DNA of 46,784 nucleotides from a virus (lineage: Duplodnaviria; Caudoviricetes), in the IMG/VR virus record IMGVR_UViG_3300012942_000011, positions 1-46,784 of that record; one strand, 5' to 3'. Below are positions 35,674-43,819 of the stretch, piece by piece. The first letter of the stretch is position 1. Every line of letters starts with the position of its first letter. The notes beneath the pieces are model-generated. The model made no database searches and had not been told where the DNA came from. It worked only from the letters and a program-made list of their open reading frames with translations. The translations under genes were made by a program, and so were the position numbers.

Positions 35674-35995
35674 GAAGCTACTCCATGAAATCCTTGAAGA
35701 CCCTTTTTACAAAACTTGCGTCAGGCACAAAGAAGGAACATGTAAAGGAAGAGTTACTTTCGAACATGCTCTCATCTACGCAGGTAAGCAAATCCAAGAG
35801 AAATGGGCTATCATACCGCTCTGCGAATATCATCACGGAGTCAACAACTACCAAGACAGAGGAGACCTTAAAAAGTCGTACAACGAATGGGTTGCAGTCA
35901 ATCGCGCAACAGCAGACGACTTCGCGCGTTACCCTCGGCGGAACTGGCTACAAGTACAAGCCGCGTTAAACGCTCGTTATGGAAATCCAACCTAA
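35663..35995 (+). CDS. HNH-fold (Ref/NinG-like) nuclease
   Basis: CVRH...C...EH...IIPLCEYHH. Confidence 0.65.
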   Translation: MIPKKLLHEILEDPFYKTCVRHKEGTCKGRVTFEHALIYAGKQIQEKWAIIPLCEYHHGVNNYQDRGDLKKSYNEWVAVNRATADDFARYPRRNWLQVQAALNARYGNPT

Positions 35996-36320
35996 AGAGA
36001 GCGAGATACAGAAAGCTATACTTGACTACTTCGCTCATTTCAAGTATACGAAAGTGTGGAGAAATAACTCAGGTACAGCGCAGGTCAAGCTCGGCAAGAA
36101 CGAGTATTGGATGAAGCTCGCACCGAAAGGCACACCTGACCTTATCGGGTATCTTCCTGATGGACGCTTCTTAGGTATTGAAGTAAAGCGACCAGGACAA
36201 CATGCAACAAAAGAGCAGCAAGAGTTTCTAGATGAGTTGAATGCTCGCGGTGGGCTTGGCTTTGTAGCTCACTCAATAGATGAAGTTGTAGATACGCTTA
36301 GGAACTATGGTTACGCCTAA
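35979..36320 (+). CDS. VRR-NUC nuclease
   Basis: ESEIQKAI...WRNNSG...GTPDLIG...IEVKRPG...EQQEFL. Confidence 0.9.
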   Translation: MEIQPKESEIQKAILDYFAHFKYTKVWRNNSGTAQVKLGKNEYWMKLAPKGTPDLIGYLPDGRFLGIEVKRPGQHATKEQQEFLDELNARGGLGFVAHSIDEVVDTLRNYGYA

Positions 36321-36321
36321 G

Positions 36322-36364
36322 TGTGGATAACTAAGTTTGAGGAATCGCACCGGCCGGTTATAAT
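36322..36364 (+). promoter_or_regulatory. DnaA-box promoter P3
   Basis: TGTGGATAA-6nt-TTGAGG-16nt-TATAAT. Confidence 0.78.
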
Positions 36365-36370
36365 TATCGA

Positions 36371-36710
36371 AGAGGTTAGGAAACACAGACCAACGACTTT
36401 CTGGTACTAGCTGGAAATATCGTCAGGTACTTGCAACACCGAGAAACCGACCGGACGCATTTAAGTCCCACTCTCGCGCTGACGCATTACTGCCTAACTT
36501 CTAGAACCTGTTCTTTGAAATCTCAGTCGGGGAAAGTTACTTGTCTCTCCCCCGCGACCATCATATTACTGATAGTGGCATAAGCTAGAGGAAACCGTCC
36601 TTGCAAGGACCTAGTACAGAGGCGTGTCAGTCAGTCTACGAACTCAATCCTTCGCGCGGGAGATACTATTGTAGAGCTAAGGTAATGTGGCCGGGGAGAG
36701 GCAAGCAACT
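36371..36710 (+). ncRNA. Candidate structured leader RNA B of the que/dpdA operon
   Basis: Stems 36371-80/36493-502, 36535-52/36693-710, 36562-70/36681-89; palindrome 36597-610. Confidence 0.6.
36509..36520 (+). promoter_or_regulatory. boxA-like antitermination element
   Basis: TGTTCTTTGAAA, single-stranded between two structured domains. Confidence 0.55.
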
Positions 36711-36727
36711 GACCTCAGGAGGATTGT

Positions 36728-37441
36728 ATGATTAAGGTGAACGAAATCTTCGGCCCGACAGTTCAGGGCGAAGGCAAGTCCGCCGGGCGTCCAGTTGCTT
36801 TCCTGCGACTGGCTCTCTGCAACTTGCACTGCATCTGGTGTGATACTCCGCATACTTGGAACTGGGTTGGTACGCAATTCGCTCATCCCGAAAAGTTCCA
36901 GTTCGAGAACGAAGTACACGCTATGACGGACGATGAAATATTCGACCGTCTCACGCAGACCGGAATGGATGCTCTCGTCATTTCTGGCGGCGAGCCTCTA
37001 ATCCAGCAGAAACAACTCGTTCCACTCCTTCGGAAACTGAAAGCCAGCAACTGGTGGGTCGAAATCGAGACCAACGGGACTATTCCTCCTCGTGAGGACC
37101 TCGTTCAACTCATCGACCAAATCAACTGCTCGCCGAAGCTTTCCCATTCGCTCGACCCACTGAAACTTCGCATTCGGGAAACCGCGCTTCATGCGCTGGC
37201 TAATGAACCGAAAGTGAACTTTAAGTTCGTCGTACGGAATAACGAAGACATCGACGAAGCACTCGGAATCATCTCGCAGTACGGTCTTGACCGGCGTGAG
37301 GTGCGACTGATGCCCGAATGTCGGACTAAGGAGGAGCTACTCGCCAAGGAGCTTTGGCTCCAAAAAGAGTGCGCGGTACGAGGAATGATTTACTGCACTC
37401 GCCTTTCCATTCTCCAGGCTGGGACAGAGCGCGGTGTTTGA
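36728..37441 (+). CDS. queE: 7-carboxy-7-deazaguanine synthase (radical SAM)
   Basis: EIFGPTVQGEG, CNLHCIWCDT (CxxxCxxC), SGGEP, IETNGT, SPKL. Confidence 0.95.
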   Translation: MIKVNEIFGPTVQGEGKSAGRPVAFLRLALCNLHCIWCDTPHTWNWVGTQFAHPEKFQFENEVHAMTDDEIFDRLTQTGMDALVISGGEPLIQQKQLVPLLRKLKASNWWVEIETNGTIPPREDLVQLIDQINCSPKLSHSLDPLKLRIRETALHALANEPKVNFKFVVRNNEDIDEALGIISQYGLDRREVRLMPECRTKEELLAKELWLQKECAVRGMIYCTRLSILQAGTERGV

Positions 37442-37443
37442 TT

Positions 37444-37479
37444 GGATAGGCGGTCCTAAACCCGCCGCCTATCCTTTTT
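37444..37479 (+). terminator. Intrinsic terminator between queE and queD
   Basis: GGATAGGCGG-loop-CCGCCTATCC-TTTTT. Confidence 0.8.
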
Positions 37480-37497
37480 GTACTTAAAACTTTACTT

Positions 37498-37935
37498 ATG
37501 CTTGTAACGAAACAGATAGAAATCGACATGGGGCATCGCGTCCCGAATCACAAATCAAAGTGTCGAAGTCCTCACGGACACCGCTACAAGATTGAAGTAG
37601 GAGTTGACGATAAGCTCATTTCTGACAACAAAGCATCTGATTACGCGATGGTTATCGATTTTGGAGACCTCAAGGAAATCATGATGCAAGAGATTGATGC
37701 TGTGTACGACCATTCGTATACTCTCTGGGAGAAAGATGAAGATAAAGCTCTATGGATGGCTTGGAAAGACCGGGGGTACAAAGTCAATCTTACTCAAGAG
37801 CCTCCAACAGCAGAGTTCCTCGCAGTCTTGTGGTATCACATCTTGAAAGAGAAGCTCGAAGAGCGCAAGATTAAAATCGCACACGTTACCGTGTGGGAGA
37901 CACCTACTAGCACAGCAACTTACACAGGCGTATGA
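37498..37935 (+). CDS. queD: 6-carboxytetrahydropterin synthase
   Basis: GHR...KCRSPHGHRY, MVIDFGDLK, PTAE, VWETPTS. Confidence 0.95.
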   Translation: MLVTKQIEIDMGHRVPNHKSKCRSPHGHRYKIEVGVDDKLISDNKASDYAMVIDFGDLKEIMMQEIDAVYDHSYTLWEKDEDKALWMAWKDRGYKVNLTQEPPTAEFLAVLWYHILKEKLEERKIKIAHVTVWETPTSTATYTGV

Positions 37936-38090
37936 TATACATTCTTTCTCTAGCAGCCGGTCTTATTCTCGGAGCAATCTTTGCTTTCTTTAAGCTACCG
38001 ATTCCAGCACCTAGTACTCTTGCTGGCGTTGTAGGAATTGCAGGTGTTACAATAGGTTATCTGCTCGTAATGCGTAGCCCACTATGGTAG
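37932..38090 (+). CDS. XapX/DUF1427-like small membrane protein (52 aa, not in ORF track)
   Basis: MIYILSLAAGLILGAIFAFFKLPIPAPSTLAGVVGIAGVTIGYLL; overlaps both neighbours. Confidence 0.8.
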   Translation: MIYILSLAAGLILGAIFAFFKLPIPAPSTLAGVVGIAGVTIGYLLVMRSPLW

Positions 38091-38659
38091 CAATTGTCAA
38101 AGAATACACTGTAGAGGATACTGTCCGTCAGATGCTTTTTGCGATGGGCGTGGACCTTGAAGATGAGAACTTCAAAGATACTCCTAAGCGTGTAGCAAAA
38201 GCATTCGGAGAGATTCTCAAGTGGCAAGACGACAACGACCGCAAGAACTTCCTACTGTCTATCAAAGACAAATCGTTCCCTACTTCTTATGGCGGCATTG
38301 TTGCACAGAAACGCATCAAAGCCGTAAGCATGTGTCCTCATCACATGCAACCTATCCACTACGAAATCGATATCGGTTACGTAGCGGAAGACCGAGCACT
38401 CGGTCTATCGAAAATCACTCGTATCGCTGAAGCTTTAGCGGCACGAATGGTATTACAAGAGACACTCACTGATGACATTGCGGATTTCTTCGAGAAGGAA
38501 ATTAACACGAAAGGCGTGATTGTTATCGTTCGTGGTAAGCACGGATGTATGACAAATCGCGGAGTCAAGCAAGAAATTGTAACGACTACCTCTTCTGTTC
38601 GTGGACTCTTTGAAGACGATGCGCCTCTCCGGCAGGAGTTTCTAACACTTAATTCTTAA
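38084..38659 (+). CDS. folE: GTP cyclohydrolase I
   Basis: DTPKRVAK, SMCPHH, GLSKITR, LQETLT, HGCMTNRGV. Confidence 0.95.
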   Translation: MVAIVKEYTVEDTVRQMLFAMGVDLEDENFKDTPKRVAKAFGEILKWQDDNDRKNFLLSIKDKSFPTSYGGIVAQKRIKAVSMCPHHMQPIHYEIDIGYVAEDRALGLSKITRIAEALAARMVLQETLTDDIADFFEKEINTKGVIVIVRGKHGCMTNRGVKQEIVTTTSSVRGLFEDDAPLRQEFLTLNS

Positions 38660-38662
38660 TGT

Positions 38663-39367
38663 ATGTCTAAGACTGTCGTTGTAGTATCGGGCGGAATGGA
38701 TTCAGTTACTCTCTTGCACAAAGTTGCTAAGGAGGTTGGTTCTGATAACGTTAAAGCTATTTCATTTGACTACGGTCAGGTTCACAAGAAGGAACTCCAG
38801 ATGGCTGCTGAGCAGTGCTGGCGCCTCGGCATTGACCACAAAGTAGTTGATATCACGAATCTTAACGAGCTTCTTCCAAGTGCCCTTACAGGAACTGAGG
38901 AAGTACCGCAAGGCCATTACGAGAGCGAGAGCATGAAGAAGACTGTCGTGCCGTTCCGTAACTCGATTATGAGTACAATTGCTCTCGGATATGCAGCAGG
39001 ACTCGGTTACGATAGAATTGCTCTCGGTGTTCATTCCGGCGACCATTATATCTATCCTGACTGCCGTCCTGAGTTTATTGCTGCCCTTTCAGAGCTTGCT
39101 CGCCTCGGAGACTTCAATCCGATTGATGTGTATACTCCTTACCTTAACGCTGATAAGACAGCTATTATTGCGGAAGGTATAGAACTTGGAGTTGATTACT
39201 CAAAGACCTGGACTTCGTATTCAGGCGGTGATGTACCTGATTTCAAGACAGGCTCATCTGTAGAGCGCACACAAGCCTTTATCGCAAATGGTATCAAGGA
39301 CCCACTCTACACCGATGAACAGTGGGAGGAGGCTAAGGCATACGCTGAAAGCGTAGAGAAGGAGTAG
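38663..39367 (+). CDS. queC: 7-cyano-7-deazaguanine synthase
   Basis: SGGMDS, FDYGQ, VPFRN, YPDCRPEF; the usual C-terminal Zn Cys cluster is replaced (TWTSY...GSSVER). Confidence 0.93.
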   Translation: MSKTVVVVSGGMDSVTLLHKVAKEVGSDNVKAISFDYGQVHKKELQMAAEQCWRLGIDHKVVDITNLNELLPSALTGTEEVPQGHYESESMKKTVVPFRNSIMSTIALGYAAGLGYDRIALGVHSGDHYIYPDCRPEFIAALSELARLGDFNPIDVYTPYLNADKTAIIAEGIELGVDYSKTWTSYSGGDVPDFKTGSSVERTQAFIANGIKDPLYTDEQWEEAKAYAESVEKE

Positions 39368-39368
39368 T

Positions 39369-39554
39369 ATGGATGACGGACTTGATAAAGGCCACATGAA
39401 TCTGCTCGTAGACCTAGAATTGGTCCTTGCAGAAGCACGCGCAAAAGAGTATCACGATTTCGAGAACGAGACCTATGCTACTCCAAAGATGGAGTTAGTT
39501 CGTAAGCTCGAAAGCATCATTAACAACACGAAGAACGGTAAATACGATAACTAG
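39369..39554 (+). CDS. Hypothetical phage protein
   Basis: EYHDFENETYATPKMELV; TAG-T-ATG junction. Confidence 0.7.
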   Translation: MDDGLDKGHMNLLVDLELVLAEARAKEYHDFENETYATPKMELVRKLESIINNTKNGKYDN

Positions 39555-39557
39555 CCT

Positions 39558-40046
39558 ATGTCTGATACATCAAGTCTAACAAAGCTCGGTTCTGGTAAGA
39601 CCGATTACGACTTCTCGAAAGGACCTTCGCAAGAGATTCTAGAGACCTTCGATAATCAGCATCCAGACCAGTGCTACCTCGTTCCTTTCACTATGGAGCG
39701 TGATGAGTTTACGTCACTTTGCCCGAAGACCGGACAGCCTGACCAAGCTCGAATGGAAGTAGTCTATGTACCGCGCAAGAAGATGGTTGAATCGAAGTCA
39801 CTCAAGCTCTACTTCTTCTCGTTCCGCAACACAGGCGAGTTCCATGAAGATGTGGTAAATCGTATCGCAAAAGACCTCGTAGCAGTGCTACAACCGGCAT
39901 ATCTCCGCGTGTATGGCGACTTTGCCCCTCGTGGTGGGCTTGCTATTAAGCCAATGGTTGAGCATATGGACGACGAGGCTCACAACAACGAAGAACAGCG
40001 CGAATATATCTTTGGACTCGTAAGTCGTTTCGACGCAAAGAAATAG
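39558..40046 (+). CDS. queF: preQ0 reductase (unimodular QueF)
   Basis: EFTSLCPKTGQPD, QueF motif ESKSLKLY, FHE, PRGG. Confidence 0.93.
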   Translation: MSDTSSLTKLGSGKTDYDFSKGPSQEILETFDNQHPDQCYLVPFTMERDEFTSLCPKTGQPDQARMEVVYVPRKKMVESKSLKLYFFSFRNTGEFHEDVVNRIAKDLVAVLQPAYLRVYGDFAPRGGLAIKPMVEHMDDEAHNNEEQREYIFGLVSRFDAKK

Positions 40047-40047
40047 C

Positions 40048-40917
40048 ATGAACCTGTACTTCGCTTCAAGTCCTAGTAGGATTCATATTGGTGTCCTCAA
40101 AGAGAACAAGGCGAAGAACTTGCTATTCTCTTACGCGTTTATCAAGAGGCCCGAAAAGCTGATTGAACTAATCGTAGGAGACGGTACGAGACTCCCAGAA
40201 AGAATTATTCTGGACTCAGGTGCCTTCTCAGTTTGGTCTAAAGGTGATACCGTATCACTTGATGACTACGCTGAGTTCTGTGTCAGGTTTAAGGAGCTAC
40301 TCCCGCCTGGCATAGAGCTGAACGTAGTGAACTTGGATGTGCTTCCAGGTAAGTGGGGATTCGTCCCTACAGCTGAACAGATTGCAGAGAGTGCTGAGAA
40401 AGGCTGGCAAAATATGCTACACCTAGAAAGCCTCGGCTTGAAAGTGATTCATGTGTTCCATCAACACGAAGACTTTGCTATCCTTGAACGCCTAGCAAAG
40501 CATTCCGATTACATTGGAATCTCGCCAGCAAACGATGTCTCAATCCAGCAGAAGCTCGATTGGCTTAACAAAGTATTCTTATATCTCAAAGATGGAACTA
40601 AAACTCATGGTTTCGCCGTTACTAGCCATAAGCAGTTACTCGGATACCCATTCTATTCAGTTGATAGCAGTTCTTGGGTTACTCCTGCTCGCTTTGGCCG
40701 TATTGCTGTCTTTACTGATAGGTACGAAATAAAAACCTTCCCGTATAAGTCTCAGTCCGATGTAGAGAAGTACTGGCCGTACATTTCTAACATCGGCATG
40801 GCGAAGATTGCACACCCTCGTTGGGAGGACCGTGTATCTATTGCTATTCGTGCGTACCAGAAACTCGAAGAGGTTGCTACGAAGATATGGGCTTCTAGAG
40901 GAGTTACTTGGACTTAG
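40048..40917 (+). CDS. dpdA: TGT-fold 7-deazaguanine DNA transglycosylase (phage DpdA-like)
   Basis: ILDSGAFS, NLDVL, HVFH, THGFA, SVDSSSW; terminal gene of the que cluster. Confidence 0.82.
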   Translation: MNLYFASSPSRIHIGVLKENKAKNLLFSYAFIKRPEKLIELIVGDGTRLPERIILDSGAFSVWSKGDTVSLDDYAEFCVRFKELLPPGIELNVVNLDVLPGKWGFVPTAEQIAESAEKGWQNMLHLESLGLKVIHVFHQHEDFAILERLAKHSDYIGISPANDVSIQQKLDWLNKVFLYLKDGTKTHGFAVTSHKQLLGYPFYSVDSSSWVTPARFGRIAVFTDRYEIKTFPYKSQSDVEKYWPYISNIGMAKIAHPRWEDRVSIAIRAYQKLEEVATKIWASRGVTWT

Positions 40918-40918
40918 A

Positions 40919-40961
40919 TGTGGATAACTGAGTTGTGAAGATTAGGCTTCTAACATATCAT
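40919..40961 (+). promoter_or_regulatory. DnaA-box promoter P4
   Basis: TGTGGATAA-5nt-TTGTGA-17nt-TATCAT. Confidence 0.72.
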
Positions 40962-40984
40962 ATTGGTATAGAAGCAATCAAATC

Positions 40985-41485
40985 ATGATTCAGGAAGTAC
41001 GCAAATCCATCGCATTCAAGGACTACGTTCCTAAGAGGGGGCGAGATAAAGATGAGGACCCAGCTCCTACTGTCACTATAGACAGGAAGCGAGGTCGTAT
41101 TACATTCAACACGAAAGTCCTCAACAAACTTTCGATGGCTAATAAGTTCATCGCTTTCTACTTCGAGCCTACGCGCAAGATAATCGGTTGGAAAGTTGTT
41201 AATCAACTACCGCCAGGTGTCAAAGCAGGACCGTATGCAAAGTGGCGATACTGCAAGCCTTACGGTAAAGGAGCAGCTAACGGTAAAGGATTCTGGATTA
41301 CATCCATCAAAGGTATCCTTGAGGAGTTTAACGGTAGCTTGAAATCAGATACCTACAAGGACCTTGAAGTGAAGAAGTATATCGAAACCGCATCTGTTCT
41401 AGACCGCGGTCAAGTTACATACTTCGTTGAAGTAAAGGAGAAGACTGACAAGCTCGGTCAGGAAGTAATTGTTAAAGAAGACTGA
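40985..41485 (+). CDS. Hypothetical basic protein
   Basis: First ORF after P4. Confidence 0.75.
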   Translation: MIQEVRKSIAFKDYVPKRGRDKDEDPAPTVTIDRKRGRITFNTKVLNKLSMANKFIAFYFEPTRKIIGWKVVNQLPPGVKAGPYAKWRYCKPYGKGAANGKGFWITSIKGILEEFNGSLKSDTYKDLEVKKYIETASVLDRGQVTYFVEVKEKTDKLGQEVIVKED

Positions 41486-41486
41486 T

Positions 41487-41861
41487 ATGGCACGAGAACC
41501 TAAAGGACTTCGCGGGCAACTCATATCACATCTTCGAGAGAAGAAAGATTGGGTCCATAAAGGAGACATTCAAAACATCAAGTGGTTCAACTCTCGCAAC
41601 GGAACGCAATACATTCCTGATGCTGTAGGAGTAAATCTTCGATGGCTTGAACGCAATCACTATATTGCAGTCAAAGCTGACCGCAATAACAAAAGTGTCC
41701 TTTACAAATACATTCCTAGCTATCCCGAAGACTTGCGGCGTAGGTACATTCCTACTTCGCAACGTCCTGAAGGAGAGGAAGGCATCTTGTTCCGCGATGG
41801 TAAAGTAGTCATCAAGGAAGAAGTTAGTGAGGAGGAGATTATGAGTTATATGAATTCTTAG
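41487..41861 (+). CDS. Hypothetical protein (possible winged HTH)
   Basis: DAVGVNLRWLERNHYIAV pattern; start at ATG 41487. Confidence 0.55.
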   Translation: MAREPKGLRGQLISHLREKKDWVHKGDIQNIKWFNSRNGTQYIPDAVGVNLRWLERNHYIAVKADRNNKSVLYKYIPSYPEDLRRRYIPTSQRPEGEEGILFRDGKVVIKEEVSEEEIMSYMNS

Positions 41862-41862
41862 T

Positions 41863-42030
41863 ATGTCTATTGTCATCGCAACACTCTGGTTGGTTTTCTG
41901 GATAGGTTTCTTGCTCATCGAGTTTATTGTTCCTTTCAAGAACAAGCTCGCACACTTCGCATGGGTCTTTGTTCTGATTCTCGGTATCCTAGCTCAGTCG
42001 CTAGAGATTATCCATCTCATTCATGGCTAA
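41863..42030 (+). CDS. 55-aa two-TM membrane protein (not in ORF track)
   Basis: MSIVIATLWLVFWIGFLLIEFIVPFKNKLAHFAWVFVLILGILAQSL...; TAG-T-ATG junction. Confidence 0.65.
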   Translation: MSIVIATLWLVFWIGFLLIEFIVPFKNKLAHFAWVFVLILGILAQSLEIIHLIHG

Positions 42031-42223
42031 GAAACCGAAGTACAAACCCTGGAAAGAACTCAAGGACAATAAGTGTCCGAGTTGTAAGACCGAACTCCAG
42101 AAAGGGATGTTTGACGACCCGTATACTGCGTGTCCGAACTGCGGGTTTGTTATCATGGACGCAACTAAGGACTTGCTCATAGAGCGAGACCACACCGAAC
42201 CGAAACATGAATCCAATTCCTGA
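42023..42223 (+). CDS. Zn-ribbon protein
   Basis: CPSC...CPNCG. Confidence 0.7.
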   Translation: MAKKPKYKPWKELKDNKCPSCKTELQKGMFDDPYTACPNCGFVIMDATKDLLIERDHTEPKHESNS

Positions 42224-42434
42224 AGAAACTTTCAACCGCATCTATAACCTTTCGCAAGGTATACCAGGTGCAATCGTAGTCATCAAGCAGTTGATGGACT
42301 TCGATAACTTTGATAAGTACCTCACTTACTTTGAAGAGAACGATATCAAAGGTTCTGCTATCTGGGTTCTTTATAAGGACGAGCATAAGCAGGATATTAA
42401 CGAGTTAGCTAAGTACCTAGATTCAAAGATATGA
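42207..42434 (+). CDS. Hypothetical phage protein
   Basis: SQGIPGA...IKGSAIWVLYKD. Confidence 0.7.
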   Translation: MNPIPEETFNRIYNLSQGIPGAIVVIKQLMDFDNFDKYLTYFEENDIKGSAIWVLYKDEHKQDINELAKYLDSKI

Positions 42435-42694
42435 GCTGGAACTATCGAGTCATTCGTCGCAAGTTTGTAAGCGAAGTAATACCTGAAGGTGAATATTCAC
42501 ACGGTATTCACGAAGTGTATTACGACGAAGCCAAGCAGCCTTATACTTGGTCTAAGGACCCAATAGCTGCTCACGGAGAGACTCTCGAAGATATCAAAGA
42601 AGACCTCGAAATGCAGAGAGAAGCATTCAAGAAGCCCATTCTTGAGGAAATCGAGGAAGGAGAGCGAAAGGTTCTCAAACAAGTCCATGATTGA
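42431..42694 (+). CDS. Conserved-looking hypothetical phage protein
   Basis: MSWNYRV...GIHEVYYDE...AFKKPIL. Confidence 0.75.
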   Translation: MSWNYRVIRRKFVSEVIPEGEYSHGIHEVYYDEAKQPYTWSKDPIAAHGETLEDIKEDLEMQREAFKKPILEEIEEGERKVLKQVHD

Positions 42695-42989
42695 TTTCGA
42701 TTACTACACTCCGCCATCGGACGAAATATTCGAAGACATCAAAGCTAAAGCAATACAGCTTTGGCAGACTTACGACGATACTTACGGGTATGCAAGTGAG
42801 AAGATAAACCGCATCAAGAACATTCAGAATATCCAGGACAACGCGTGGTATATTGTAGGAATGTTTGACCAACAGAATCAGATAAAGCTCATCTTCTCAC
42901 TTACTCCTGAAGCAGCGAAAGTAGTTTGGAACCTGCTATCTTGGAATGCTCAAGAAGCACAGAAAATACTAAACGACGAAACCGTATGA
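42688..42989 (+). CDS. Hypothetical phage protein (start approximate)
   Basis: YYTPPSDEIFEDIK...WQTYDDTYGYASEK. Confidence 0.65.
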
Positions 42990-43093
42990 GCTTTATCTTC
43001 TTTATTGTCGGCATCTGCCTCTTGTTCAACAATCATGTTGGATGGGGTGTAGTATGTCTTTTACTAGCATATCTTGCAAGCAACGATGAATAA
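42986..43093 (+). CDS. 35-aa hydrophobic peptide (not in ORF track)
   Basis: MSFIFFIVGICLLFNNHVGWGVVCLLLAYLASNDE; ATGA overlap. Confidence 0.5.
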   Translation: MSFIFFIVGICLLFNNHVGWGVVCLLLAYLASNDE

Positions 43094-43814
43094 CTTTACA
43101 ACTCAAAAGAAAGTAGTGCAGATTGACGAGATTATTCCGAACCCGTACAACCCTAACGTACAGGACAAAGCAACGTTCCAGAAGGAAATCAAGTCCATTC
43201 AAGAGCTTGGTATGCTCGGTTCGATTCTCGTCCGTGACTACTTCGGCAAGTATCAGATTCTAGACGGCGAGCACCGATGGAAAGCTGCTAAGGAACTCGG
43301 GTACACCGAAATGACAGTTGAGACTATCGGAGAGATTTCTGACCAGAAAGCAAAGTTCCTAACTATTCATTTGAATAACCTGCGCGGTAAAGATGATGTC
43401 TTTAAGCGTGCTCAGATTCTCAAGGAACTCGATGAAGGACAGCTTGAACTGTTGCCTTTCAGTGCCGAGGAGATTGAGAACGAGAAGCAGCTGATTACAT
43501 TTGACTTTGCTCAGTACAGCAAAGAATCTGACCTACCGAAGCGCAGTCCTGGAATGCTCGTAGTCCTGCCTTTCAACGAAGAAGAGTCTCTCGTATGGCT
43601 CAAAGTGAAGGAGGTACTTGTGGAAAAAGGATTTATCGGTACTGACAATACTAAGAAGAAGCAAGACATACAGACTATCATGTGGCTTGCTAAGAACATT
43701 CTAGGAGTTACTCTTGGAAGCTCAGGAGGCCAGGAGGTTTTCGAGGTACCAGTATCGCCTGATATGGATGCAAAGCTCCAAGCTGAAGCTGTAGCAACTC
43801 AAACGGTTACTTAG
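43086..43814 (+). CDS. ParB/Srx N-terminal domain protein
   Basis: IIPNPYNPN...SIQELG...ILDGEHRWKAAKELG. Confidence 0.85.
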   Translation: MNNFTTQKKVVQIDEIIPNPYNPNVQDKATFQKEIKSIQELGMLGSILVRDYFGKYQILDGEHRWKAAKELGYTEMTVETIGEISDQKAKFLTIHLNNLRGKDDVFKRAQILKELDEGQLELLPFSAEEIENEKQLITFDFAQYSKESDLPKRSPGMLVVLPFNEEESLVWLKVKEVLVEKGFIGTDNTKKKQDIQTIMWLAKNILGVTLGSSGGQEVFEVPVSPDMDAKLQAEAVATQTVT

Positions 43815-43819
43815 TGAGA

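Noticed and set aside
36371-36727. Known preQ1-I/II/III riboswitch or RNase P RNA
   Set aside because: AGAGGTT start and GAGGAAA resemble fragments only; the preQ1-I A-rich tail and RNase P GAGGAAAGUCC/P4 are absent
40048-40917. tRNA-guanine transglycosylase (Tgt) for queuosine tRNA
   Set aside because: Lacks the Tgt Zn-binding CxCxxC; no queA/queG; none of the four tRNAs has a GUN anticodon; motifs fit phage DpdA better
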